This document shows positions 49,413-60,645 of a DNA stretch of 64,000 nt, one piece after another; within the stretch, counting starts at the first letter, position 1; each line of letters begins with the position of its first letter. The notes beneath the pieces were generated by a model. It did no database searches and was not told the origin of the DNA. It saw only the letters and a program-made list of their open reading frames with translations. Made by a program: the position numbers and the translations under genes. The stretch is from Camelus ferus (taxonomy: Eukaryota), in contig NC_045697.1 in the NCBI RefSeq assembly GCF_009834535.1, positions 31,188,001 to 31,252,000 on the forward strand, given 5' to 3'.

Positions 49413-49860
49413 ATTTAGCCTGCTTTCCCCAGACTGAGCAGAGCCCGAGGCAAAGGCTGATAGTTTTTACTTAGAGAGTCTAATCCCAGGAAGCAGAAGT
49501 GAGGGGCGAGGAAAGGAGACACAGCGAGATAATCCGTTTGAGGATGTGCTATTGAGATGACTGTCACTGCGTGAGTCTGACTGCTTGGTATTTTGGGGCC
49601 ATTTAATAAGGAGCTGTATGCTTGTGCCTCAGGACAGTTCACTGGGGAGGGGGTTGGGGAGTGAAAGGGGTAAGACTTTATCCACTAACTCTTTCCCTCG
49701 ACAAAGAAAGGATGTGAAATTCCTCTCCTTTCTGTTCATTTATAGGTGTTCAGAAGCCTTCTAAACCCTGAGGAGGGGAGCTCCAGGACAGGACTTGAGG
49801 ACAACATAGGCTGGTGAGAAGAAAGTTGTGGTCAGCTTCTACCTGCATGAAGGGGACTGC
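49413..49860 (-). mobile_element. ERVL LTR16-like solo LTR
   Basis: 'gagcagagcccgaggcaaagg..aatcccaggaagcagaagtgagggg', 'tgcctcaggacagt' and 'tttatccactaactc'. Confidence 0.7.
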
Positions 49861-50034
49861 GGCTCACACGGAGCTCCTGCTGCAGGGACAGCTCAAACGA
49901 GGGAAAGGTAAAATCTGGGAGGATCCCTTGAGAGGGGTCTAACACACTTCCCAAACTGTACCTTGGAAAAAGAGTCGAATTGAAACTTTGCTCTGAGCAT
50001 GTGTAAGGGATATCCACCATGTTTTCTTAGGGGG

Positions 50035-50101
<67 letters not shown>

Positions 50102-50141
50102 AGAGAGGGAGAGGGAGAAAGAGAGAGAAAGAGAGAGAGAG
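50035..50141. repeat. Compound (GT)n(GA)n microsatellite
   Basis: A GT run followed by a long GA-rich purine tract. Confidence 0.95.
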
Positions 50142-50367
50142 TTCTGACAATTTGTACAATAGACCGAGACCCCTGGCCACTTCTGACTAGCTCAGGAGTG
50201 AGCACCTGAACTTTCAGTCTGGGGCAGTTGGCATGTTATTTTGGTGATTTGGAATTGGGAGTGGAGGAGAGAGAATACAGCCTATTCCTAAATGCTGCAT
50301 CTGTAACATTTAAAGACAAAAGCTCACAAATAAAGTATGTCTATTGAATAAAACTCTAGGCAGGGGC

Positions 50368-50488
50368 ATTTTGTTCTGCAAAGCTAAAATAGCAGCTGAG
50401 TGGGAGCACCTGTGACTATATAAATGGACAGCAAATACAGCAAACAGCAACGGTAAACAGATTAACATTCCATTAAGTTAATATTCTT
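50368..50488. repeat. Copy A of a ~120-bp imperfect direct repeat
   Basis: Matches copy B at 36/43 over 50446-50488 vs 50947-50989, and 23/31 over 50400-50430 vs 50905-50935. Confidence 0.8.
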
Positions 50489-50866
50489 GTACCTTTCTTC
50501 CCTGAAGACTTAAGGTTTCAGAGCTTAAATGGCTTTCATATTCTCTTCTTTAGAGCCTCCTAGTAATTACATCTTTAAAGTTGTTCTTCTAAATGCTCCT
50601 CATTTCAGCATCATTCATACTCTGGTACATTTTCGTTGACCTGAGATAAGTCTGACCCCAACGCCTTGCCCTTCCCTGCTGGACACACCACTGCTCTTAT
50701 CTGCCTGCGAACTCTTTCTCATGGGCAAGGAAGCGTGATGGAGTATAAAGCAGGGACACGTGAAAAAGTTATGCAAGGGTGTCATTTCTTCTAATTCACG
50801 GATTTTCCTATTGTCACAAAATTTACCGTAAATTGTGCTTGTTAAATCTGATTTGTGGATAGAGAT

Positions 50867-50989
50867 ATTTTTGTCCCGTTAAGTCTAAACTCATAGGCAG
50901 TTTAGTGGGAGTGCTTGTGATTATGTAAGTTTACAATTAAAGCATAAGCAACAGTGAACACACTAACGTTCCATTAAGTTGATAATCTT
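50867..50989. repeat. Copy B of a ~120-bp imperfect direct repeat
   Basis: See copy A; offset about 501 bp. Confidence 0.8.
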
Positions 50990-51439
50990 TCAGTTTTTAT
51001 TTTAAATAATTTTTAATACATTTCCACTCTTAGCAGCTAAATTCAGAGACAACGTGGACTGTTAGAGACGTTAGTCTTTTCCTGCATCCACTTTCTCATT
51101 GATCTAGGAATGTGATAAAGTACCCACAGTGGGGTCAGAAATAGGTAATCTTGTTTCTGCCACTTAAAATTTTTCCATTACATTTTCTAACTGCATTTAT
51201 TAAGCCTGAATTCAAATATTCAAATCTGTTTCTGAAGATATAGTTCAATACCCTTGACACTTTTCAAAGAACTCTCCAAGACCTTGCAAAAGATTCCTTC
51301 TCAGGTAGAGTGGAAAAATACATAATAATGGTAGTAATAATTATATCTACTGCTTCCAAAATATATTATCAGTTATTAAGGCAATGCTAGTCTGAATGAG
51401 ATATACACAGAATAAAAAAATGCTTTTTTTTTCAGGCAG

Positions 51440-51880
51440 GTATGACTTGCAGATTACAAGAATGATTTTGGATTTAGACAAACCTATATTTAGATCTTGA
51501 TTTTGCAATGAACACTCTTAACTTACTAACGATGTGACCTTGAACTCTATTTTCTCATTTTTAAAATGAGTAGATACCGACCCCTGCATAGTAGTTGTAC
51601 AAGTAAATAAGATAATGGAGGGCTTAGCATGTACTCAGGACTCAACATAAGGCTGCCCAGGAAAGTTAATGTAGCTTAGTAACCAAGAACAATAGATTCA
51701 CCGCCCGCTAGTCATGTGATCTTGCACAAGTCAATTGTCTCTCTGAGATTTGTTCTCTCAATTGTGAAATGGTGGCTATGATATGGATTCCACAGGGTTT
51801 ATTCTTGAGTGAAAATTATACGATGTATGTAAAACACTTAGCACAGAACCTGACACATGGCAAGTGCGTAATAAACACTG
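51440..51880 (+). mobile_element. Two adjacent MIR SINEs
   Basis: Two cores: 'tgtgaccttga..ttttctcatttttaaaatgag' and 'atgtgatcttgcacaagtca..ctctgagatttgttctctcaattgtgaaatgg...aaaacacttagcacagaacctgacacatgg'. Confidence 0.75.
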
Positions 51881-53089
51881 TAAGAGAGTCGATTTCCTTA
51901 GAGAAGGTATCACTAGTTACATTGAGGCTTCTTGAAAAATTTATTAGGGTACTATTCAGATCTTATAATTCAATGTTACTATCTAAATGTAACTAAGAGC
52001 CATTTTCAATGTACATCACCAGATACAAATGATAAAAGAGATTTTTAAAAATAGTACCCTTATTTAAAATTTTTAATAATTGATCTATTACGTATCTATA
52101 AGACCTGGCATTTTTTTCCACTGGACTATTTATGTGTGGACATTGTAATATAACTTCCTGTTGGAGAAGTACCATTTAAAAGGAAAAAAGCAAAACAAAC
52201 AAACAAACAAAAAACCCCCAGCGTTTCTTTTATAAATTATTTATTTCAAACTGCATGTATAGTCATAATTAAGAATATTCTTCCTTTTTGGTCTTTAGCT
52301 CATTTTTCACACATCTGCCTAGTGTTTATTATCACTGCTGAAGGCAAACCAATACTCACTGTACTTTGAATAACGAAAGAGAAATCTTAAAAATACCAAC
52401 AGAAATATAGAAGGGGTAATATATTTTGGAAAGTGCAATATCTACTATTACTCTCTTTTAGAATTTAATGTATTTCAATATTTTATCTGGATGAGTTATT
52501 TTGGCAACTTTTTTTTTTCTCTCTATGCTGTGGAAACAACTTTCTGGAAGAAAAAGCACTGATTGAGTGATTATAGCCTCTATTGGTAGACAAGCCTAGT
52601 TTTTCACTGCTCCTGGCACCTAGGGTAGCATATTTTCATTCTTAATCACAAAAGACTTGTTTTCAGACTAGGGCAGATAGTGCGGCGTTTATAAAAAATA
52701 TGTCCACTTCTCAAATGACCCCGGGCGGGCTGCGGTATTACTCTTCTTTAGAATTTGCGATTTCACATGCTTCAGCCGCAGTGTAAAACTACGCAGAAAA
52801 ACCAAGTCCGTGGGTGCCTGTTCTTGGGTAAAATGATTACCTAATATCACAGATATGTGCTTTTATTGTTGTGTTCCAGAATCTAGCACAGATTCTGAAT
52901 TTAGGAAATGAATAGATGAGAGAGTATCTGTGTTTATAAAATGAGGGAAATTTGTAACTATTCAAGGGTATTTGTTCTACAAGAAGAGCTCATTCTTTTA
53001 TTGTTTTTACAAATGTTTTCATTAAATGTTATCAAATTCTCTAGTAAGCCGTTTGACTGTTTTATGTCAGAACAGTGTGTGTGTGTGTG

Positions 53090-53330
53090 TGTTTATTGTA
53101 TGCATATTATTGAGGATGTATTATGCCTCAGGAGCTCTGATAAACTCCTTTTGCACATTTTCTCTTTGAGCCTTTACAGTAACCCTATGAGATAAATGCT
53201 ATTCTTCACTTCATTTTATAAAGCAACCACGGTGCAGAGAGATTAAGTAGCCCAGCCAGTCACACAACTTGTACGTGGAAGACTTAATGTTTTAATTCAG
53301 TTAGCGCAACTTGACAATGCCCGCTTGTCA
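53090..53330 (-). mobile_element. MIR SINE
   Basis: 'cctttacagtaaccctatgagataaatgctatt..cattttata..cagagagattaagtagcc'. Confidence 0.7.
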
Positions 53331-54233
53331 TAACGATGCTAGAATCTACAGAAATGCTTTCTGTGATGGTGCTCACTTGGCTCTGTGTGTTCCATGCCTA
53401 GTTGATGGTCAGATCAGTGATCCCTGCGCTTTCCGTTTCCCTTAGACATTCAAACTGTGCTTAAATCATCTTCATAAAAGTAAAATAAAAAAAAATTATA
53501 TATAATAATTAACCTGGAAAACCTCAGACTACTGCAGCCAAGGGCGATATCTGATAGAGTGGGACAGAAAACATTGTGGAGCCATAGTAATAGCAGTTCC
53601 AGTAGGGAAGCCATCCCTGATCATTTCTGAATCCTGGAAGTTGTTTTCATAGTGGAAGGTACATTTTTTTTTTTCCTAAACAAATTAAGGGATATAAAAC
53701 CCATTTTTTCCCCACCATAAGAAAGCTTTGCCAGATGTTGCTCTGAACACAGAGAGAAAGAGAGAGAAATGAGTGAGTGTGTGGCCTCAAGCTGGCAATA
53801 ACTGTAGAGCAGATCTGGGGTATTTCAACATTGCGAGAAGCTGTCTGAGTTAAGAACTAGCTTTAGAGACTTAGAAATACAGTGTATGAAGATGCTGCTG
53901 TTGTTGTCTGAACTTCTGCACAATTTAGAGACTGACACTTTGGTTACTAGAATTACATTCTTTGACACAGAAAAATGCCCACCATTGCACTGATGGCATG
54001 GGACAAGGTGGGCATTGGTTACAGAGAAGATCAGCTTCAAACACACGGAGCCTGGATGACAACAGAAGATGAACCAGGGTGAACCAGGGCAGATAAAGTG
54101 TCACTGATCTAATAATGAGGAGGGATTGAGGATAAGATCAGGTCACTGTCTTCTTACCATAAGAAAAAGAAAAGCATCACTTGACATCATCAGCTGGGTT
54201 TTGGTGTTCTCCTGCTGAGCATCATTTACAGAA

Positions 54234-54672
54234 TATCAGAATTAGACAAGGCTACTCTACCAAAATGAAAATAAAACCACTCAATAATCATATGTGAACC
54301 TGTAAAAACCACGAACATTGTCCACATCACAAAGGTGTGACCAAAACTGGCTAAGATGAGTGAGTGCTGCTTCTCTACAAATTACATCTTCAGCCTCCAT
54401 CAAGTCTTCTCTCCTTCTAGGTAAGATTTAAAAAGATACCCAGTCACAGAATTACCCACACTTCCTGCCAGCAGCCAGACCGAGAGCAGCAGCGAACTTC
54501 CTTAAAGCCTCTCCCCAAATCATAAGTCCAAGCCCTGTGGTGGATCGGTCCTAGCACCCTCCACTGCTCCACAGTTCCCTGGGGAGTGTTCTCTTCTGCT
54601 GCTGTGTGCATTAGACTCAGCTTATTCACCCACAAGTATATTCCTAGCGGTCTCTGCCTAGAGGGCATTGGC
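54234..54672 (+). mobile_element. MER90-like ERV1 solo LTR
   Basis: 'ctggctaagatgagtgagtgctgcttctctacaaattaca', 'taagatttaaaaagatacccagtcacagaattaccc' and 'cttccttaaagcctctccccaaatca'. Confidence 0.65.
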
Positions 54673-54977
54673 GGTAGCTTGCTGTAGAGACAATTATGCT
54701 GAAGTTAATTTTATGAATGCATTATTTAAAGCTTTGCTATGGCAAGTAACATAAACTCACTTGAACTAGCTTAGCAGAATGAAACATTAAGAGGAAATTT
54801 GGAATCCATGAGTGGCTCAAAATTTGCAAAAACTGAAATGTGAATGAGCCTGAGAAACACCTGAAAAGAGAACTTTGAAGTCAGCAGAAACTTAGGAAGT
54901 ATTCACTCTCTATGTTTTTCTCTCTCCTATTTCCCATTGACTATTTTTTGAAGGTCTTTTTGCTTTAAAAAAAATAT

Positions 54978-55212
54978 GTTTTTTAATGTATAGTCGGTTT
55001 ACAGTGTTGTAATTTCTGGTGTATAGCATGTTTCAGTCATGTATATTTACATTCCTTCTCATATTCTTTTTTATTATAGGTTATTACAAGATATTGAATA
55101 TAGTTAACTGTGCTATACAGTATATCTATTTTTATCTATTTTCTATATGGTAGTTAATGTCTACAAGTCCTGAACTCTCAGTCGTCCCTCCACCCACCCC
55201 TTACCCCACTGG
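54978..55212 (-). mobile_element. L1 3'UTR end (non-inverted part of an inverted L1)
   Basis: 'tatagtcggtttacagtgttgt..tttctggtgtatagcat...ataggttattacaagatattgaatatagtt'. Confidence 0.88.
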
Positions 55213-55363
55213 GACCTGGAGATTGTGCTACCAAGTGAAGTAAGACAGAAAGAGAAAGAAAAATACCATATGATACCACTTACATGTGGAATCTAAAAAA
55301 ATGACGCAAAAAATGAACTTATTTACAAAACAGAAACAGACTCACAGACATAGAGAACAGACT
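55211..55363 (+). mobile_element. L1 ORF2-end/3'UTR segment (inverted part)
   Basis: 'ggacctggagattgt..aagtgaagtaagacagaaagagaaagaaaaataccatatg...acagactcacagacatagagaac'. Confidence 0.88.
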
Positions 55364-56067
55364 CACTGACTGTTCATTTTCCCTCACTGTTTCCTGGTCG
55401 GTGCAGAATAGCCTTCTCTGGGGCAGTCTGATCTGCAGCTGCCAAGAGCACGTGCTGCACCTCAGTCACACACACAGGCTGATTCCAGGGCTTACTAGCG
55501 CCCTAGTCACTCACAGGTACTTGGTGGATCTCCTTCAGTTTCCTGTCCCTTTTCCACTAAAAGAGCAGGACTAGCTCAGCTTGGACCACATACGGTTGAA
55601 TCAGCTTAAAAACATGTCTCAGCTCTCAGTCCCACTAATGATGGCTCATGAGCTAGGGTGAAACAGTAAAAAATGTTCAGCACGTGTCGTTTTTATTCCA
55701 TAAGCAGGTTTTAGTCTCAATTATTTTGCTGTCTTTATGATGCCTAAGCAGTAAACCAAATAAATGCATATTTTTAGAGATTAACTTGAGTATTGAGAGA
55801 ATAGTAAGTAATAACCATGGCTGATGCTCTAGTGTCTCCAATGAACAGAACCTTTCAAAGTATTCCAGACGAACACAAGCTTCCCCCAGTGTGTACTGTG
55901 CGTTATGTATTCGTAAGAGCAAACCAGTTTATAGTAAAACAATACTAAGTCAATGTTTAAATCATAATTATGATCAAATCAAACATTTTTAGATTTTTTT
56001 TCAAGAAGTATTTATACTAGTGACGATTTGCTGTCTCTATAATCCCCAATCTTTGCCTGATACAAAC

Positions 56068-56130
56068 ATATATATATATATCTATGTTTTATCTGTATTT
56101 TATATATATATATATATATATACACACACA
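56068..56130. repeat. (TA)n/(CA)n simple repeat
   Basis: Visible runs. Confidence 0.85.
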
Positions 56131-56587
56131 TTTATGTATATAAACTTGACATCTATATAACACAAAGGATTTTTATTAAATAAAAATTAAATGCTTAAAT
56201 ATTAAATGACTTCACATTGTTTGACAACCTGCTCAGTCTGTAAATGTTAGGTTCCATGAAGTCCAAATGGTATGCACAAACTCATAGGTTTATAAAATTT
56301 GTTTAGTTGCTGTTTTGTACTGAAAAAAATGTATGTGTGCTACTTTAATCAAGCATTCAAGGACTTTGCTCCTTTTAGATACCACTTCATTAATGTTATA
56401 AAGAAGTGTTAACATGGCTTACATTGGTAAATATTATTTTGACTGGATCCTTAACTTTTGAGAGAGATATTTCAATATGCTTATATAAATAAGTTTGTTA
56501 GTCATTAAGTTTTTTATCTCTTGCAAAAATGATGTAGTCTCTACAATAGATTTATACTCCTGTTAGGACAGATTTGCACTCATGAAT

Positions 56588-56850
56588 AGTGTTTCCCAAA
56601 ATGTTCCACTAAACACCACCATCAAATACGCAGTGTACTTTGGGATAAAAGGTTTTGTGCAACAACATGTTTAGGGAATTCTATTTACTGTCTTTCTGTT
56701 TGATATTCACAATGCATTAAAAATGTATTGAAATCCTGCAGCAAAAAGATTGGTTCAATCTTGTTTAACTGGATATATCAAAAACTCCTCCATGCAGGGA
56801 GCTCTTTATTTGTGAAATACCTTTTCTTAGAAAATATTTGACAAATCTTG
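56588..56850. mobile_element. hAT-Charlie non-autonomous element (MER112/113/119 group)
   Basis: Start 'agtgtttcccaaaatgttcc'; internal 'atattcacaatgca..aaatcctgcagcaaaaaga..cttgtttaac'. Confidence 0.55.
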
Positions 56851-57094
56851 TTGTAAGGAAAAAATCAGCTTACTGCTTGTTGCTGCTGCTTCTAATAATA
56901 ACAAAATTCCTTGTGTGAAAGTAGGCGATGTGCTACACTCAAATTCGAAGGAAGAAATTAAAGCGATTAATGGCGTAACGCACAGAACAACAATTCATTG
57001 ACTTGTAGTTCCATTTTAGGTGGACATACCTAATTGGAATTTTTTTCTGACACTAAAGTCCTAGAGGCGTTTCCTCTTTCAGTTCAGGAAACGC

Positions 57095-57930
57095 TCAATT
57101 CAGTAGCATTTATTGATCACTCACTCTGGGCAAGGCATTCTTCTAAAAACTATTAAGGATGGAAAAATATCAGACATTAATTCTTGTCAAACAGAAAATT
57201 TCTAGCAGAAAATCTCATACACACATTTATTTTTCTATGATAAATTGTGAAAACACAAGAATGAGGAAAGGAATAATGTTGAGAAGTTTGAAAAACATAG
57301 GGAACAGGAGATACAGACTTCCTGGAAGGGACAACAAGAAAACTTAACAGATTTGAGAATTGAACTGGATTTAGAATAATGGAGCTATAACTTAAGAGCG
57401 CAGTTCATGGACAGACATTTTGAATAAAAAGAGCTTGAATGTAGTCAGAGAGACAGGGAATACTGTTAGCCTCTCAGGGAGTTGTGAATCCAGCTGGCAT
57501 AGTGTTTAAGGGGTGTGCTATGACACATGATGAAGACTGGACAAGCAGTTACTGAAATACTGCTGGGAACCTCTAGTTCTCGCAGAAGAATTTGGACATG
57601 GACTTTATGCTGTAAGCAATTGGATGTTGAATGAACAATTGACTATTTAGATCAAGAGACTGTCTTTTTGAGTAGAAAATTAACTATTTTATGAAGATAA
57701 CTCGGGTGGTAAGAGATAGGATAAATTAAAGGTGATGTAACCTGGAGTCAGAGAGACCCATATGGAGGCTACTTCAACAATTCAGAAGGGAACTGATGAA
57801 GGCCTGACTTAGCAATGCAAGAGAATACGGAACTGGGGCATATACGGGAAATGTTTCAGAGACAAAACAGTGTAAATGACTGAGGGATAGTGTAGGAAGG
57901 TAGAAGGGTTTGAGGAAAGACAGAGGTGGA
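57095..57930 (-). mobile_element. L2 fragment
   Basis: 'caattcagtagcatttattgatcactcactctgggcaaggcat', 'tggactttatgctgtaagcaat' and 'ggagtcagagagaccca..ggaggctact'. Confidence 0.7.
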
Positions 57931-58801
57931 TGTGGAACCCTGGGTCATCAGGGAGGATGGCGTGGATTTGGTGTTCTAGGCAGGTGGACCCTCCTCCCCA
58001 AGCCCTAAATCTGCACTTTTTGACAATAAAATCTTCAGACAGACTGGGATCACATTCACCCCACAGTGCCCAGGAATCTGTATTTATCTTTGGAAATCCT
58101 GAAGTTTTGAGTCTAAATGGCTGCAGGGATGAGAATGTGTCAACTAAAGAGGCAGAAGAAGAAAGAGTAGATAGGAAAAGACCGCTATTTATCTTTGACT
58201 AAGTTCCCACTGTGAGCAGGAAATGACACGAGGGCTAAAAACACAAAAACATGCAAGACTTATTGCCTAGCACTTAACATTCTACAGCCTAGGGAACTAG
58301 GAAATAATCTAAAGAATTAGTTAATAATCAAGGCATCGTAGGTTCAGTTCAAAATGAGTGCCTTAGAAAATAAATTCTCCAAATGTTCAGAAAAGATTTC
58401 AAAGAGAACCAGATTGTTAAAAAAAAATCACTTGATGAAATGAAAGTTGATCTTCCATACTAGGGCAGAACTTGGCTAAGCAAGGCAGAGTGGGGAGAAC
58501 ATTCTAGGTAAGGAAGACAGTGTGACTAAAGACAAGGACTTCTTGTATACATGTAAGTTCATTTATTTATATACCCAGGAAAGAAAACCACATCAATCAC
58601 ATTTTCTGACTCTAAACAGTTCTCCTTCGTGTCCTTCATGCAGTAACTTTTGATGTATGATCCTCATCATTTTCAAATTTCAAGATTCAGAGCACAGCAA
58701 GATTTTGATGGATCTTGAAATTAATTAAGGGACTTGTTTTAGTCTGAGATAGATGGGGGCACACTAGTTCTATGTTTGTCAGTCCCCTGAAGTGCCACAT
58801 A

Positions 58802-58915
58802 TGACTTCCATGGGCTCCAGGCACTTTTGCCTTTGTGAGTCACTTCCTCCATAAAAAAAAAATACTAAAAATTGTATTCTATGACTGTGTTGGTATGAAG
58901 GTGAATTATATATGG
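58802..58915. mobile_element. MER53-like hAT MITE, left part
   Basis: 'gggctccaggcacttttgcctttgtgagtcacttcctccataaaaaaa...tatgactgtgttggtatgaag'. Confidence 0.7.
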
Positions 58916-59415
58916 TGTTAAGACCCAAAAAGTTCAATATTATGCGTTGCCTTCATATCTGGTGAAACCCAGAGGGCCTAGAATGACTTGACGTAGGTTC
59001 TCCTCCTTATGCTGTCCCCGCAGTTAAGGTCTGCTAGCCAAACAATCTTCTTTATCAAAGGGAGCAGGCACAATTCCTGCTTATCCCTGAAGAGTGGATT
59101 TCAGTTCCTAGCCATCCTATGGAAATATTCAAACCAGCCAATCACATCCTTCTGTGGGAAGCAGGGGACACTTCATCTTCCTGTTTCTAGAGAACTGGTC
59201 CCCCAACAACCCCTGGGGGTCCACTCTGTTCTGAGTGCAACCTCTGTGTGGCACCGTGTGGTGCGGCCCCTTACTTACGTCAAATACACACAGGCATATG
59301 TCGGACAGTATCTGTTGGCAATGTGGTCCAGGGCTACTGTCTCTTGTAAATGGTAAATCTTTTCTAACAGCTCTTCTAATGTCATCTCAGTTCATTTCAT
59401 TTTATATCAGTGTGA
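58916..59415 (+). mobile_element. MER74-like ERVL solo LTR
   Basis: 'atctggtgaaacccagagggcc', 'tagccaaacaa..ttatcaaagggagcaggcacaattcctgcttatccctga' and 'aaaccagccaatcacatcct'. Confidence 0.8.
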
Positions 59416-59461
59416 TACTAAGAACAAAATTACTTTTATTTCCATTTAATTTGAAGAATCA

Positions 59462-59545
59462 ATCTTTCTTTCTTTCTTTCTCCTTCTTTCTTTCTTTTTT
59501 TTCTTTTCTTTCTTCCCTTCTTTTCTTCCTTTCTTCCTTTCTATC
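59462..59545. repeat. CT-rich (TTTC)-like low-complexity tract
   Basis: Visible pyrimidine tract. Confidence 0.85.
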
Positions 59546-60274
59546 CATTCCATCTCTCATCTCTAATTCAGCACTTTGCTCATGCTGAGTGTTATAAAAT
59601 GAATAACAATTCTAAGATTTAATTCTTTAATATTTATATAGTATCTCTATCTATCTTTATCTATCTACCTATCTACCAGACATTTAATTATTTTATTTAT
59701 CTGTCTCCTGTCTACCTAACTCATTCACTGTACTAATCTATTTTTAGTATTTTCTTAATACTATACCAAGTGTCATTCTTGGCATTGGGCACTGAACTGA
59801 CAATAATGATTCCTGCCCTCCTAGATTTTACAGTCTAATAAGTGAAATGGACTTTACGTGAATACTTACACCCACAGTTACTCATGGTCATAAAAAGTAC
59901 TGCAAAGGAACAGTACAGATCACATTAAAAGCACATTTTTTCAACTTATTAACCATTTATTTATATATTTGATAGTTATATTTACATCTGGCATTGACAA
60001 AAATAATGAAAATTATAGGAGCACTGAGTCCTCTTTAGAAGAGAAGGGTTATATGCACAGTTGCGTATAGAGTTATGATTCCTCCTTTACATACAAAGAA
60101 AAAATATTAATAAAAAAGTTCTTCAGTGATCAAAAAGGGCTCAATGCTGCAAGGGTTTATTTATGCTATACATGCCAAGAAACCTATATCAAGACACCTA
60201 AACATGTCTTGGGTGGGAAGGGTGGTGGTGAGAAAAGTTTCTCCCAGAAGCAATGCAGTAATACTTATGCTACA

Positions 60275-60588
60275 ATTTTTTTTTTGATTGAATTATTGAA
60301 GTATAGTTGATTTACAAAGTAGTATTAATTTCTGGTGTATAGCAAAGTGATTCAGTTATACAACTATATTTTTTTTCATATTCTTTTTTCATTATAGGTT
60401 ATCACAAGCAATTGAATATAGTTCCCCGTGCTATGCAGTAGGACCTTCTTGTTTATGTATTTTGTAGATAGTAGTTTGTATCTGTTAATCCCAAACTCCT
60501 AATTTAATTTATCCCTCTCCTCCTTTCCCTTTGGGAATCGTAAGTTAGTTTTCTATGTCTGTGAGTCTGTTTCTGTTTTGTAAATAAG
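60275..60588 (-). mobile_element. L1 3'UTR end (non-inverted part of an inverted L1)
   Basis: Poly(T), then 'attgaagtatagttgatttaca...tctatgtctgtgagtctgtttctgttttgtaaataag'. Confidence 0.9.
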
Positions 60589-60645
60589 ATTATCATACTA
60601 AGTGAAGTAAGTCAGAGAAAGACAAACATCATACGATATCACTTA
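60587..60645 (+). mobile_element. L1 ORF2-end segment (inverted part)
   Basis: 'agattatcatactaagtgaagtaagtcagagaaagacaaacatcatacgatatcactta'. Confidence 0.85.
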
